In this document: positions 8,791-21,003 of the stretch, piece by piece
Layout: every line of letters starts with the position of its first letter
Position numbering within the stretch: position 1 is the stretch's first letter
From: a virus
Taxonomy: Duplodnaviria > Heunggongvirae > Uroviricota > Caudoviricetes
Reading direction: 5' to 3' (one strand)
DNA: 37,615 nt
Virus record (IMG/VR): IMGVR_UViG_2681813321_000019
Translations under genes and position numbers: made by a program
Notes under the pieces: generated by a model
Told to the model about the DNA's origin: nothing
The model's input: only the letters and a program-made list of their open reading frames with translations
Database searches by the model: none

Positions 8791-9345
8791 ATGCTTATTG
8801 GCTATGTACGTGTGTCAACAAATGACCAGAACACAGATCTACAACGTAATGCGCTGAACTGTGCAGGATGCGAGCTGATTTTTGAAGACAAGATAAGCGG
8901 TACAAAGTCCGAAAGGCCGGGACTGAAAAAACTGCTCAGGACATTATCGGCAGGCGATACGCTGGTGGTCTGGAAACTGGACCGACTGGGGCGCAGTATG
9001 CGGCATCTTGTCGTGCTGGTGGAGGAGTTGCGCGAACGAGGCATCAACTTTCGTAGTCTGACGGATTCAATTGATACCAGTACCCCAATGGGGCGCTTTT
9101 TCTTTCATGTGATGGGGGCCCTGGCTGAAATGGAACGAGAACTGATTGTTGAACGAACAAAAGCTGGACTGGAAGCTGCTCGCGCACAGGGACGAATTGG
9201 TGGACGTCGTCCCAAACTTACACCAGAACAATGGGCACAAGCCGGACGATTAATTGCATCAGGAGTTCCGCGCCAGAAAGTTGCGATTATCTATGATGTT
9301 GGCGTATCGACTTTGTATCAGAGGTTTCCGGCAGGAGATAAATAA
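8791..9345 (+). CDS. pin: Serine DNA invertase Pin (copy B)
   Basis: Identical to 962..1516. Confidence 0.9.
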   Translation: MLIGYVRVSTNDQNTDLQRNALNCAGCELIFEDKISGTKSERPGLKKLLRTLSAGDTLVVWKLDRLGRSMRHLVVLVEELRERGINFRSLTDSIDTSTPMGRFFFHVMGALAEMERELIVERTKAGLEAARAQGRIGGRRPKLTPEQWAQAGRLIASGVPRQKVAIIYDVGVSTLYQRFPAGDK

Positions 9346-9543
9346 AGACACAGCTCGTCGAATTCAAGAACGTGTGAGCCAATCTCATGATGATTCATTA
9401 TTTTCACATAGAGTCAATGACAAAAAACGGCTGCAAGGTAAACCACAACGATGGCTTTATTAATTGATAGCGGTTTTGGTACTAAATGATACAAATTAAA
9501 ATGAATATCCTAGTGAATTACAACAATTTCAGGAGGAAATAGT

Positions 9544-9756
9544 ATGCCAAGAAAAACGCTAGAAAATTTGGTAAATGTTGCACGTCAGACTCAGGAAATA
9601 GCGGATAAGAGAAGCCGTTTTTTCGGGTATCTTGAACAGCATGGCTTGAAGAGGAATGAGGATAGTGCTCACCTTTTTGCTATGCATTTACGGTTGCAAC
9701 ACAATGAAAGAGATAATCTTGTCCATGAACTGATGTCCGGATTACATCATAAATAG
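9544..9756 (+). CDS. Hypothetical 70-aa protein (copy B)
   Basis: Identical to 1715..1927. Confidence 0.5.
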   Translation: MPRKTLENLVNVARQTQEIADKRSRFFGYLEQHGLKRNEDSAHLFAMHLRLQHNERDNLVHELMSGLHHK

Positions 9757-9840
9757 TGCATCATTCGAGCAAGAATATTATAAGACAATAAACCAGCCAA
9801 AAACTGGCTGGTTGAACGTTAACTTTTTGAATTTAATCAA

Positions 9841-10185
9841 TTAACTTTGGTGTATGTCTTGGTAAGTCTCATCCGTCAGAGCCAATTTCATGCAAATATC
9901 ATCGTTAAGACTGACAATATCTTCGATCAGTTTATTGATCTCGAAATCGTTAAGTTTTGATACTGTTGCTTGAACTCGCCCCTCATCGCCAGTGGCATCA
10001 AACTTAGTCAGTTCCTTACATAATTCATCGAACCTGCTTTGTAAGGCATTTGGAATATCATCGGCTGTTTTAAGATGCCCAAGGCTAAAAACATACGAAT
10101 TAATCAAGCGTTCTTGAATACTTCCATGGCCCGCAAGAGTAAGTACTGCAGTATGAAATTTTTCATGTGCATACTTTAAGGACAT
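9841..10185 (-). CDS. Hypothetical acidic 114-aa protein (copy B)
   Basis: Identical to 2012..2356. Confidence 0.6.
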   Translation of the reverse strand: MSLKYAHEKFHTAVLTLAGHGSIQERLINSYVFSLGHLKTADDIPNALQSRFDELCKELTKFDATGDEGRVQATVSKLNDFEINKLIEDIVSLNDDICMKLALTDETYQDIHQS

Positions 10186-10236
10186 ATCTGGTCTCCGTGA
10201 CTTATAACCTCAACCGACATAAATGGGGTTAAGTGA

Positions 10237-11268
10237 TTATTCTGAAACAATAGTGTTGAACTGACCTATAGAAACAGCACCCTTTTCAATTACCTCTAAG
10301 TAACTGATTTTAATATGAGAGTTGTTTGACAAAGCGTCAACAATAGCTGTCAACTCATCTTGGGTGATAACATCAGCTGAAGCTTTGATTGTGAAGCATT
10401 CGTCATTAGAGACCCTAACAACGTTAATATTAATATCCTGATTTGTTGGCCCTGTTCTGGTTACACCTTTGATGGAAAATATATCAGTTCGTTCTTTACG
10501 TTCTCTATCTACAGATTGTCGGCTGTTGTAGGTATTTAGGTCTTGTCGTGTTAGTTTCTCATTTCCTAAAGTCACGGTTTCGACAGTAGGATCAGCAGCT
10601 AATTGCTTCACTAAAGCACTTTTACCTGCTTGTCCGTGACTAGTAACTTTATCGCTAATCGCTGATTTCCCATAGATTTTATAATCTAATGTTGCTTCTA
10701 TGGCTTTGTTTATGCCATCGGATGTGGTTTTTGCAATTTCAACCTGCCGATCAGTTGCATGTCTTTCTGTTACGGCATTTTCTGAAATGTAGTGATAACC
10801 ACATGTGCTGGCCGCGCCAACCATTGTGATTATAACAAGCATTTTCTGCCAGCCGTTCAGTCCAGACATAGTATCTCGCAAAAAATCAGTTACTGCGTTG
10901 ATGATCTTGTCAGTGGTGCCTTCCGCATCACTAGAACCTTCGCTAATTTTAAAATTTATATCAAGTCGTTGCTTGTCTTCATTAGTCAAGCGTTGAAGAT
11001 TCTGCGATCCGTATCGTATGGTTGCAAACGCCCGCTGTATCTCCTCGTTGAGCATTGACATACCAAACAACATTGCTGATGTAATTGATGAATGATACCG
11101 CTCTCCTTTTACATTTATGTCTAAGGATGGCCAGCCTGCAAACTTTACGTTAGGGAAAATAAACTCTTTAGAATCAAGCCCCTCTCGGGCTTTCATTTCT
11201 TCCAGAAAGTTTAGAAAATCATCTTCACTACGGATCAGAAAATCAATCGAATCCACAGTAGCTTCCAT
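10237..11268 (-). CDS. Hypothetical 343-aa single-TM protein (copy B)
   Basis: Identical to 2408..3439. Confidence 0.7.
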   Translation of the reverse strand: MEATVDSIDFLIRSEDDFLNFLEEMKAREGLDSKEFIFPNVKFAGWPSLDINVKGERYHSSITSAMLFGMSMLNEEIQRAFATIRYGSQNLQRLTNEDKQRLDINFKISEGSSDAEGTTDKIINAVTDFLRDTMSGLNGWQKMLVIITMVGAASTCGYHYISENAVTERHATDRQVEIAKTTSDGINKAIEATLDYKIYGKSAISDKVTSHGQAGKSALVKQLAADPTVETVTLGNEKLTRQDLNTYNSRQSVDRERKERTDIFSIKGVTRTGPTNQDININVVRVSNDECFTIKASADVITQDELTAIVDALSNNSHIKISYLEVIEKGAVSIGQFNTIVSE

Positions 11269-11477
11269 ATGAATATCCTTATTAAATTCTCATTCGGTTA
11301 CTGTTTATTGTTGACTGATCAATAAAAAAGCCCGCAATTTGCGGGCTTCTTTCACACTTGAGAGCCGCGGCTCCTTTGCGTATCCTTTTTTGTCTCCTCA
11401 CCGTCTGGTCGGTGTCCTGCTGAGACTGCTAACTTCCTGTTTTTGTTGGTGTTGTCCTTACACCGTCCAATCATGAT

Positions 11478-11840
11478 TGGTGGAGCTGGCGGGAGTTGAA
11501 CCCGCGTCCGAAATTCCTACATCCTCGGTACTACATGCTTAGTCAGTCTTTACATTCGCTTGCCAGCTGCGGACGGACACGCCACTAACAAACTAGCCTG
11601 ATTAAGTTTTAACGCTTCAACCCCAGGCAGGGCTTCCACGCGATCTCTTTTGGGTTTGACCTCTCTTGATCCCCGTCCTAAGAGCGGAGGCTAGGGAGAG
11701 AGGGCTCTAAGCAGGTTATTAAGCTGCTAAAGCGTAGTTTTCGTCGTTTGCGACTATTTTTTGCGGCTTTTTACGAGGCCAACCGCCCCTCGGCATGCAC
11801 CTTGGGTTTCGCAAATCCCGTCGAATCCAGAATCAGCCCC
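11478..11840 (-). ncRNA. ssrA: tmRNA (SsrA), copy B
   Basis: Identical to 3649..4011. Confidence 0.95.
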
Positions 11841-12054
11841 AATGTGTAAAGGTAAGTATACCAGATTTATGAGCGCCATGACCAGCCTCAATGGCGTTAT
11901 CGTTAAAGATTTAGCACCCATGTAGCCTGATTTTTATTCGATTAAGCAATGGGATGGCAACATTTGTGTCGGATGTGATAGCCAATAAGATGTTCATTCG
12001 CGCCGCCGGAGAGGGAGGCGCGGTGAGGAACTGGTCAATAATTGGAGTGCAGGT

Positions 12055-12537
12055 TTAACGGTGGGCGTTTTTCATGATACGTGCTTTATCCACCTGCCAT
12101 TCGCGTTCTTTGATATCTGAACGTTTATCGTGCTGTTTTTTACCTTTGGCGACGCCGATTTTCACTTTGCACCAGGCATTTTTCCAGTACAGGGAGAGCG
12201 CCACTACGGTATAGCCTTCTCGATTGACGCGACCGTACAATGAGTCCAGTTCGCGTTGGTTGAGAAGTAACTTGCGGGTACGGGTAGGATCGCACACCAC
12301 ATGCGTGGAGGCCACGGCCATTGGCGTGATGTTAGCGCCAAACAGAAATGCCTCTCCGTCACGCAGAAGGACGTAGCTGTCGCTGATATTGGCTTTTCCT
12401 GCGCGCAGGGATTTAACCTCCCAGCCTTGCAGGGCAAGTCCCGCTTCGAACTCTTCTTCGATAAAGTATTCGTGACGGGCGCGCTTGTTAAGCGCGATGG
12501 TCGCTGAACCAGGTTTATGTGCTTTTTTCTTCGTCAT
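12055..12537 (-). CDS. smpB: SmpB (copy B)
   Basis: Identical to 4226..4708. Confidence 0.95.
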
Positions 12538-12668
12538 AAGCGTCGTGAATCATCGGTAATCTGAAATCGAAAACACCCCATATCAATCCTGCGGGGGACA
12601 AGGCTCTATCTTAGCATGAACCCGATGTTACCCAGCGCCGGGATAGCGTTTTTTTTACAGCAGGATAA

Positions 12669-13145
12669 ATGATATTATTTGTTGGATTTTTGTTGATGGA
12701 AATTGTTATGCCTCAGATTAGCCGGACCGCACTGGTACCCTACAGCGCGGAGCAAATGTATCAGTTAGTGAATGACGTTCAGTCTTATCCTCAGTTTTTG
12801 CCGGGTTGTACCGGAAGTCGGATTCTGGAGTCCACTCCTGGGCAGATGACTGCGGCGGTAGATGTCTCTAAGGCTGGGATCAGCAAAACGTTTACTACCC
12901 GCAACCAGTTGACCAGTAACCAAAGTATTCTTATGAATCTGGTGGATGGGCCGTTCAAGAAATTGATTGGTGGATGGAAGTTTACGCCGCTGAGCCAGGA
13001 GGCGTGTCGTATCGAGTTTCATCTCGACTTTGAGTTTACCAATAAGTTGATTGAACTCGCCTTTGGTCGCGTGTTTAAAGAGCTGGCGTCTAATATGGTC
13101 CAGGCTTTTACGGTTCGTGCGAAAGAGGTTTACAGTGCCAGGTAA
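12669..13145 (+). CDS. ratA: RatA (copy B)
   Basis: Identical to 4840..5316. Confidence 0.85.
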   Translation: MILFVGFLLMEIVMPQISRTALVPYSAEQMYQLVNDVQSYPQFLPGCTGSRILESTPGQMTAAVDVSKAGISKTFTTRNQLTSNQSILMNLVDGPFKKLIGGWKFTPLSQEACRIEFHLDFEFTNKLIELAFGRVFKELASNMVQAFTVRAKEVYSAR

Positions 13146-13425
13146 AATTGCCGTTGAGGTGGCTTATGCGCTACCTGAGAAGCAGTACCTGCAGCGCGTG
13201 ACGCTGCAGGAGGGCGCGACGGTTGAAGAAGCTATTCGCGCCAGTGGCTTGCTGGAATTGCGTACCGATATCGATTTAACTAAAAACAAAGTCGGCATTT
13301 ACAGCCGTCCGGCAAAACTAAGCGATAGTGTGCATGATGGCGATCGGGTGGAGATTTATCGCCCTCTCATTGCCGATCCGAAAGAGCTTCGCAGGCAACG
13401 AGCAGAAAAATCAGCGAATAAATAA
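13135..13425 (+). CDS. ratB: RatB / YfjF (copy B)
   Basis: Identical to 5306..5596. Confidence 0.75.
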
Positions 13426-13486
13426 CAGACAGAAAAAAGGTGCTCATTGAGCACCTTTTTTAACGTCTTTGAGAGCAACTTTATTA

Positions 13487-13828
13487 TTAGTTACCACTCA
13501 GCGCAGGTTTGTTATCAATATTGGTCAACACACCGCTACTGTTAAAGGTCAGCGTCAGCGTTTGCTGCGTTACACCTTCATGACCTGGTTGCTGGCGGAA
13601 GACATAGAACCAGGTATTCGTACCAAATGGATCGGACATCAGCGGTGTACCCAATGCGTACGCAACTTGTTGTTGCGTCATGCCAACACGTATTTTGGAT
13701 ACGTCGTTAGCGGTCAGATAGTTCCCCTGGTTGATGTCAGGACGGTAAACCACTCGCTCCAGAGTGGAACAGCCTGCGGTCAACATCAATAGTACTGCTG
13801 CTGCAGCAGTCAGCGTTTTACAGCGCAT
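13487..13828 (-). CDS. bamE: BamE (copy B)
   Basis: Identical to 5658..5999. Confidence 0.9.
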
Positions 13829-13976
13829 AGTGATTTGATTCCTTTTCGGGCCCGAGCAGTACGTGGCTCATCTGTAATATGCCGATGATAATAGACCTTT
13901 CATCACTTTAAAACCTTTTGCTTTCCGGTCTTACGGCGTTTTGCTGTTTACTCTGACCGTGAAGCAGGAAAAAAGT

Positions 13977-15638
13977 TTACGCTGCAAGCAGTTCTTTCGC
14001 ATTCGCCAGTGTATTACGTGTGACTTCACTGCCACCAAGCAGGCGCGCCAGCTCTTGTAACCGCGCTTTTTTATTCAGGGATTGCATATGCGTTTCTGTC
14101 ATCGCACCATCGGTTTCTTTGCTGACAAAATAGTGTTGATGACCACATCCCGCGACTTGTGGCAGGTGGGTAACACACATCACCTGAGTTGATTCGCCGA
14201 GTTGACGCAGCAGTTTGCCGACAACTGCCGCTGTTGGACCGCTAATCCCTACATCCACTTCATCAAAAATCAGTGCCGGGGTTTCCATTTTACGCGCCGT
14301 GATGACCTGGATTGCCAGTGCGATGCGGGACAATTCACCACCGGATGCGACTTTGGCAATAGGCTGCATTGGCTGACCTGGGTTGGTGGTTACCCGAAAC
14401 TCAATACGATCGGCACCGTCAGCGCCCAGGTGATGCTCGTCAAATTTAACATCGATCGTAAACTGCCCATGCGGCATTGAGAGCGCATGCATACTGTCGG
14501 TGATCAGCTGTGCAAGTTCTTCTGCATATTGCTGGCGTTGTTGGTGTAATGCGCGCGCGATTTCCAGTGCCTGCTGATGATGTTTCGTTACCGCCAGCGC
14601 AAGCGTTTCTTGTGAGTCGGCCTGATCGTCCAGTTGCTGCTGTTCTTCCAGTAGCGACTGGTAATACTGTGGCAATGCCTCAGGGCTGACGTGATGTTTA
14701 CGTGCCAGCGAAATCTGTTTTGAGATGCGCTGTTCAAGTTCAAATAGTCGGTTGGGATCGAGATCCAGACGATCGCAGTAGTGGCGCAGTTCATCGCTGG
14801 CTTCAGCAATCTGGATGGTAGCTTCTTCCAGCATATCAAGTACGCCGGACAGTTTGCTGTCCATGCCAATCAATTCGCTCACCAGTTGTTTAGCCGTGTA
14901 AAGCTGACTTTGCAGGTTTGCGTCTTCACCGTCGGCCATTAATGCCAATGCATTCTGGCTGGTGGTCAGCAATTGACCGCTGTTCGCCAGACGTTTGTAC
15001 TCTTCGTCGATTTGTTCAAACTCTCCGGGCTGCGGATTAAATTCGTTAAGTTCTTTTAATTGGTATTGCAGCAGTTCCGCACGGGCAGCGCGTTCCTGAC
15101 TTAACTGTTGATGATGCGCGAGGTCACGGCAGCTTTGATGCCACAACTGATAACGTGCTGTCATTTCCTGGAGTAGAGAGGTTTCATTGGCATAGCCATC
15201 AAGCAGGAACTTTTGGTGCTCGGGTTTGGTGAGTAACTGATGAGCGTGCTGACCATGGATCTGAATCAGCAACTGACCCAGTTCGCGCAGTTGTGACAGA
15301 GGAACAGCTGTACCGTTGATGAAACCACGGGAGCGACCATCGCTGCTGATCACGCGACGAAGCAAACATTCATGCCCGTCTTCAAGCTGGTTTTCTTCCA
15401 GCCAGCGCAGAGCCGCTGGCGTATCTTTCAGAGAAAAACGGGCGCACAGGTCAGCGCGAGCAGCGCCGGTACGCACCATGTCGGCTTCAGCGCGACCACC
15501 GAGACAAAGACCGAGGGCATCTATTGCAATAGATTTACCCGCGCCGGTCTCGCCAGTTATTACGGTCATGCCGCTATGAAAATCAATCTCAAGCTCACGA
15601 ACGATAGCAAAGTTGCTGATGGTCAGTTGTGCCAACAT
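13977..15638 (-). CDS. recN: DNA repair protein RecN (553 aa, full length)
   Basis: [20 protein letters not shown]..., Walker [12 protein letters not shown]-like coiled coil. Confidence 0.95.
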
Positions 15639-15648
15639 AGTCGTTTTC

Positions 15649-15706
15649 CTGTATGAAAAACCATTACTGTTATTGTGTACAGTATAAACTGGTTTTATAT
15701 ACAGTA
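15649..15706 (-). promoter_or_regulatory. recN SOS operator region with tandem LexA boxes
   Basis: CTGT-N8-ACAG at 15667..15682 and CTGG-N8-ACAG at 15689..15704, immediately upstream of the recN start. Confidence 0.6.
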
Positions 15707-15723
15707 AAGAGGCTGGCGTAAAA

Positions 15724-16602
15724 TTAGAATAATTTTTTTGACCAGCCGAGCTTGGTGCTTAATGTGTTGAAATAACTGTAATCTTTCGGATGAATCAGAT
15801 TCAGATGGTAATCACAGCGACGAATCAGGACATCTTCACCTTCCTGAATCGGCAGTGCTATCTGGCTGTCGCAACTGATTTCTAGGTCGTTACGGCGATG
15901 CGAAAAACGCAGACGGATCGTGCTGCTGCTGTTTATGACCAGTGGTCGTGCTGACAACGTATGCGGGAACATGGGCACCAGGGTAATCGCATCCAGAGAG
16001 GGGGTCAGAATAGGACCGCCTGCAGAGAGGGAATAGGCGGTGGAGCCTGTTGGCGTCGAAATAATTAGTCCATCAGATCGCTGAGAAAACGCAAAGATCT
16101 CGTCGATATACACTTCGAACTCAATCATATGCGCCACTTTGCCTGGATGAAGCACCACTTCATTTATCGCGGTGCTGATGCGTTTCTGACAATCTTGCTG
16201 ACAGACTTGCGCTTCCAGCAAAAAACGTTTCTCGCTGATGTAGTGGCCTTCCAGCACATCGGCTAACTGTTGCTGGGCGTTATCGGGGTCAAGGTCAGTC
16301 AGGAAACCCAGGTTGCCACGGTTGATTCCAATAACTTTAATATCGTAACGGGCGAGTGTGCGTGCCGCGCCCAGCATATTACCGTCGCCACCAACGACTA
16401 CCGCGAGATCAGCTAGTTGCCCAATCTCCGCGAGCGTGCCAGTTTTCACATTCTTCAGTTGCAGTTCGTGAGCGATTTGTTGCTCAACGATGACCTCGTA
16501 ACCTTTTGTGCACAGCCAGCGGTAGAGCATTTCATGTGTTGTCAGTGCAGTGGGGTGCCGTGGGTGTCCCACAATGCCAATACACTTGAAATGATTATTC
16601 AT
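15724..16602 (-). CDS. nadK: NAD kinase (292 aa)
   Basis: GGDGN motif ([13 protein letters not shown]) and NAD-kinase fold signature; divergent from grpE. Confidence 0.9.
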
Positions 16603-16691
16603 TTTTCCGAGGTCCTTGTTGCGAAGATTGATGACAATGTGAGTGCTTCCCTTGAAACCCTGAAACTGATCCCCATAATAAGCGAAGTTAG

Positions 16692-17370
<679 letters not shown>

Positions 17371-17421
17371 TCACTTAACCCCATTTATGTCGGTTGAGGT
17401 TATAAGTCACGGAGACCAGAT

Positions 17422-17766
17422 ATGTCCTTAAAGTATGCACATGAAAAATTTCATACTGCAGTACTTACTCTTGCGGGCCATGGAAGTATTCAAGAACGCT
17501 TGATTAATTCGTATGTTTTTAGCCTTGGGCATCTTAAAACAGCCGATGATATTCCAAATGCCTTACAAAGCAGGTTCGATGAATTATGTAAGGAACTGAC
17601 TAAGTTTGATGCCACTGGCGATGAGGGGCGAGTTCAAGCAACAGTATCAAAACTTAACGATTTCGAGATCAATAAACTGATCGAAGATATTGTCAGTCTT
17701 AACGATGATATTTGCATGAAATTGGCTCTGACGGATGAGACTTACCAAGACATACACCAAAGTTAA
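17422..17766 (+). CDS. Hypothetical acidic 114-aa protein (copy C)
   Basis: Reverse complement of 2012..2356. Confidence 0.6.
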   Translation: MSLKYAHEKFHTAVLTLAGHGSIQERLINSYVFSLGHLKTADDIPNALQSRFDELCKELTKFDATGDEGRVQATVSKLNDFEINKLIEDIVSLNDDICMKLALTDETYQDIHQS

Positions 17767-17850
17767 TTGATTAAATTCAAAAAGTTAACGTTCAACCAGC
17801 CAGTTTTTGGCTGGTTTATTGTCTTATAATATTCTTGCTCGAATGATGCA

Positions 17851-18063
17851 CTATTTATGATGTAATCCGGACATCAGTTCATGGACAAGATTATCTCTTT
17901 CATTGTGTTGCAACCGTAAATGCATAGCAAAAAGGTGAGCACTATCCTCATTCCTCTTCAAGCCATGCTGTTCAAGATACCCGAAAAAACGGCTTCTCTT
18001 ATCCGCTATTTCCTGAGTCTGACGTGCAACATTTACCAAATTTTCTAGCGTTTTTCTTGGCAT
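17851..18063 (-). CDS. Hypothetical 70-aa protein (copy C)
   Basis: Reverse complement of 1715..1927. Confidence 0.5.
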   Translation of the reverse strand: MPRKTLENLVNVARQTQEIADKRSRFFGYLEQHGLKRNEDSAHLFAMHLRLQHNERDNLVHELMSGLHHK

Positions 18064-18261
18064 ACTATTTCCTCCTGAAATTGTTGTAATTCACTAGGAT
18101 ATTCATTTTAATTTGTATCATTTAGTACCAAAACCGCTATCAATTAATAAAGCCATCGTTGTGGTTTACCTTGCAGCCGTTTTTTGTCATTGACTCTATG
18201 TGAAAATAATGAATCATCATGAGATTGGCTCACACGTTCTTGAATTCGACGAGCTGTGTCT

Positions 18262-18816
18262 TTATTTATCTCCTGCCGGAAACCTCTGATACAAAGTCGA
18301 TACGCCAACATCATAGATAATCGCAACTTTCTGGCGCGGAACTCCTGATGCAATTAATCGTCCGGCTTGTGCCCATTGTTCTGGTGTAAGTTTGGGACGA
18401 CGTCCACCAATTCGTCCCTGTGCGCGAGCAGCTTCCAGTCCAGCTTTTGTTCGTTCAACAATCAGTTCTCGTTCCATTTCAGCCAGGGCCCCCATCACAT
18501 GAAAGAAAAAGCGCCCCATTGGGGTACTGGTATCAATTGAATCCGTCAGACTACGAAAGTTGATGCCTCGTTCGCGCAACTCCTCCACCAGCACGACAAG
18601 ATGCCGCATACTGCGCCCCAGTCGGTCCAGTTTCCAGACCACCAGCGTATCGCCTGCCGATAATGTCCTGAGCAGTTTTTTCAGTCCCGGCCTTTCGGAC
18701 TTTGTACCGCTTATCTTGTCTTCAAAAATCAGCTCGCATCCTGCACAGTTCAGCGCATTACGTTGTAGATCTGTGTTCTGGTCATTTGTTGACACACGTA
18801 CATAGCCAATAAGCAT
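18262..18816 (-). CDS. pin: Serine DNA invertase Pin (copy C)
   Basis: Reverse complement of 962..1516. Confidence 0.9.
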   Translation of the reverse strand: MLIGYVRVSTNDQNTDLQRNALNCAGCELIFEDKISGTKSERPGLKKLLRTLSAGDTLVVWKLDRLGRSMRHLVVLVEELRERGINFRSLTDSIDTSTPMGRFFFHVMGALAEMERELIVERTKAGLEAARAQGRIGGRRPKLTPEQWAQAGRLIASGVPRQKVAIIYDVGVSTLYQRFPAGDK

Positions 18817-18870
18817 GGTAGATCTCCCTGACAAAAGCAGGAATGATGCCATTTGCTCGTTATTTCTGCA

Positions 18871-18896
18871 TTTTCATAAACGTTGGTTTAAGAGCA
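18871..18896. promoter_or_regulatory. Pin-proximal crossover site (copy C)
   Basis: TTTTCATAAACG-TT-GGTTTAAGAGCA, reverse complement of 882..907. Confidence 0.6.
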
Positions 18897-19193
18897 AGCG
18901 GGCAGTACACCGATAATTTGTTATTTACAGGTCCTGATGGTCTTAAGATTCAGGTGTTTCGCCGGACGCTCGCAAATTTGACTACTGTCGGTGTAGTAAA
19001 TTCTGTGCCAGTGACTTTCCCTGTCCCGTTCCCTGTTAATTGCTGGGGCGTTTTTTCTACCAAATTAACATGGGTTCAGATAACTAACTCATGCGAGTGG
19101 GTAAGCAATACAGGATTTACCGCTCAGGTCATGATGAATATTGCTGTAAATACAAACACCTCAGACGCTATGTTTTTAGCTATAGGATATTAA
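18885..19193 (+). CDS. Sv' alternative tail-fibre C-terminal cassette (silent orientation)
   Basis: Reverse complement of 585..893. Confidence 0.55.
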   Translation, partial: GLRASGQYTDNLLFTGPDGLKIQVFRRTLANLTTVGVVNSVPVTFPVPFPVNCWGVFSTKLTWVQITNSCEWVSNTGFTAQVMMNIAVNTNTSDAMFLAIGY

Positions 19194-19194
19194 T

Positions 19195-19635
19195 ATGAAT
19201 CGTTTTGTGTTCAGTCCATCTGAGTCCCGTTTTTATGCCATCGAGTGGCAGGCTGATTATGTTGATAATAATTGTTGGCCACATGATGCCATTAACGTTA
19301 GTGACAGTATTTATTATGAGTTTTCCGGCACTCCCCCTACAGGTAAGCAACTTATAACTTTAAATAACATGCCAGCATGGGGTGATATTCCTCCACCTAC
19401 ACGAGAAGAATTAATTGTCGCTGCTGATGTGGAGAAGCAAAAAAGAATAGATTTAGCCAATGATTACATGAACGGTAAGCAATGGCCTGGTAAAGCAGCT
19501 ATTGGTCGTCTGAAAGGTGGGGAACTGGCACAATATAATTTGTGGCTGGATTATCTGGACGCACTGGAGCTGGTCGATACCGCCAGTGCGCCAGATATTG
19601 AATGGCCTACGCCTCCGGCAGTTCAGGCAAGATGA
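19195..19635 (+). CDS. Alternative tail fibre assembly protein Tfa' (146 aa)
   Basis: Reverse complement of 143..583. Confidence 0.7.
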   Translation: MNRFVFSPSESRFYAIEWQADYVDNNCWPHDAINVSDSIYYEFSGTPPTGKQLITLNNMPAWGDIPPPTREELIVAADVEKQKRIDLANDYMNGKQWPGKAAIGRLKGGELAQYNLWLDYLDALELVDTASAPDIEWPTPPAVQAR

Positions 19636-20209
19636 CATCCGGCGCGGTGCTGGTATCTGTTGCCGTCACCGCGTCAATGTAATCCAGCACAGTGTTAAGG
19701 CTGGTTGTTTCTGCCTGCGTCAGTTTACGTCCGGCCTGCAATTTCAGCTGAATCAGACTGATTGAAGCCATTGCAGTATCAATCAGTGACTGGCGCTGTG
19801 CTTCTGCTGCATCTACTGCGGCGCTATGCTGTGCTTCGGTATCCGTCACCCATTTCTCACCATCCCATTTATCGTATGGCGTTAACGGGGCGATAGTGGT
19901 TGTATTATCAGGGTAATCACCCGGAGCTGTGATTTCTTTTGATTCTCCTGTTTCGGTGCTAAAGACGATTTCACCGCGATGGTCTGGCACATATTCCCAT
20001 GAGTTAAAATCTACAGATCGGCAGATTGCATAACCAGCTTTGTATGTGCCAGGGGCATCTAAACAGGAATATGCAGGGATACCGACACCAACGGCAAGAT
20101 ATTCAGTTGATGTGGAAATATATTCCCGTGTTTCGCCATCATAGTTATAGACGGTAATATTCCCCGCCTTTGTAGCAATAAACTCGCTATTTAATACAGC
20201 GTTATCCAT
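19607..20209 (-). CDS. tfa: Tail fibre assembly protein Tfa (200 aa), expressed orientation
   Basis: Start overlaps the S stop; conserved Tfa C-terminal domain. Confidence 0.8.
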   Translation of the reverse strand: MDNAVLNSEFIATKAGNITVYNYDGETREYISTSTEYLAVGVGIPAYSCLDAPGTYKAGYAICRSVDFNSWEYVPDHRGEIVFSTETGESKEITAPGDYPDNTTTIAPLTPYDKWDGEKWVTDTEAQHSAAVDAAEAQRQSLIDTAMASISLIQLKLQAGRKLTQAETTSLNTVLDYIDAVTATDTSTAPDVILPELPEA

Positions 20210-21000
20210 TATGCAGCCCTCACGATATAGTTAAATGCAATATTCCGTGGACGGGTTTCATTTATCCCATATGCTGTTGTTCTCTGATTCCCGACAAAAT
20301 ATCCATTTGGATTAGAAGATACATAATAATCATCAAAATCAAGTGGGCTATCAGCACCCGGCGTCAGGCTTGCAATATATCCTCTTCCCATAACTTCTGA
20401 TGCTGGTATTTCTTTTGTACGATAATCACTAACTCTGAAGAGCTGCCCTTGGTGGGTGTGTGATTCCACTCCTCCATTCTGAAGACTTAGCAAGGCACGT
20501 ACAGCATCAATACCACGCCCGTCATCCCAGCCACGAATAAACTCACCACGTAAATCAGGCAATTTATTTGTCGGATAAGCCTTTGCCAGTTCCGGGTATT
20601 CTTCAGCAGAAAAAGCGGCACCGTTGCATTTCAGCCAGCCTGTCGGCGGAGTGGCGGAAGGCCACGGAACAGGCACACCAACAGGTAATGCAGAGCCTTC
20701 TCCCAAACCAAGGTTTTCGAGAGCCGTTTTCACCGTGCCGTCCGATTTGATATCGCCAAACGGATTTTTGCGGCTTAACAGCAGCGCACGAAGCGCGGTA
20801 AGCAACTGGTCGTGCCGCCCTTTCTCCAGGCTGGCACCGGAGGCCTCCACAACGCTGCAAAGCTCCTCCTGCAACATGTCAAAGTAGTCATCATCCAGAT
20901 CGGTGGCAGGTGTGCCGGTCTGGGGGTTACCACGGGTAAAACCGTTCTTACCCGCGCCGAACTTATCCTTCTGCGCGGTTTTCGTGTCTATACGATGCAT
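20209..21000 (-). CDS. Tail fibre protein S (263 aa): constant N-terminal part fused at the crossover site to variable part Sv
   Basis: The crossover site (20698..20723) lies inside the ORF at ...[11 protein letters not shown]...; C-terminal HxH motif (GGVESHTHQ) typical of fibre tips; position after the Mu gp48-like gene. Confidence 0.8.
   Translation of the reverse strand: MHRIDTKTAQKDKFGAGKNGFTRGNPQTGTPATDLDDDYFDMLQEELCSVVEASGASLEKGRHDQLLTALRALLLSRKNPFGDIKSDGTVKTALENLGLGEGSALPVGVPVPWPSATPPTGWLKCNGAAFSAEEYPELAKAYPTNKLPDLRGEFIRGWDDGRGIDAVRALLSLQNGGVESHTHQGQLFRVSDYRTKEIPASEVMGRGYIASLTPGADSPLDFDDYYVSSNPNGYFVGNQRTTAYGINETRPRNIAFNYIVRAA
20698..20723. promoter_or_regulatory. S-internal crossover site; TTCTCCCAAACC-AA-GGTTTTCGAGAG
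   Basis: 26-bp site with strong resemblance to hixL; inverted partner at 18871..18896. Confidence 0.6.
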
Positions 21001-21003
21001 GAA

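Larger units (their letters stand above)
8718..15534. repeat. Direct repeat copy 2 (6.8 kb), identical to 889..7705
   Basis: See copy 1. Confidence 0.85.
18871..20723. other. Invertible tail-fibre segment (about 1.85 kb) bounded by inverted crossover sites; contains Sv, tfa, tfa', Sv'
   Basis: Imperfect 26-bp inverted repeats at 18871..18896 and 20698..20723; the flipped product is seen at 7707..8736. Confidence 0.7.
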
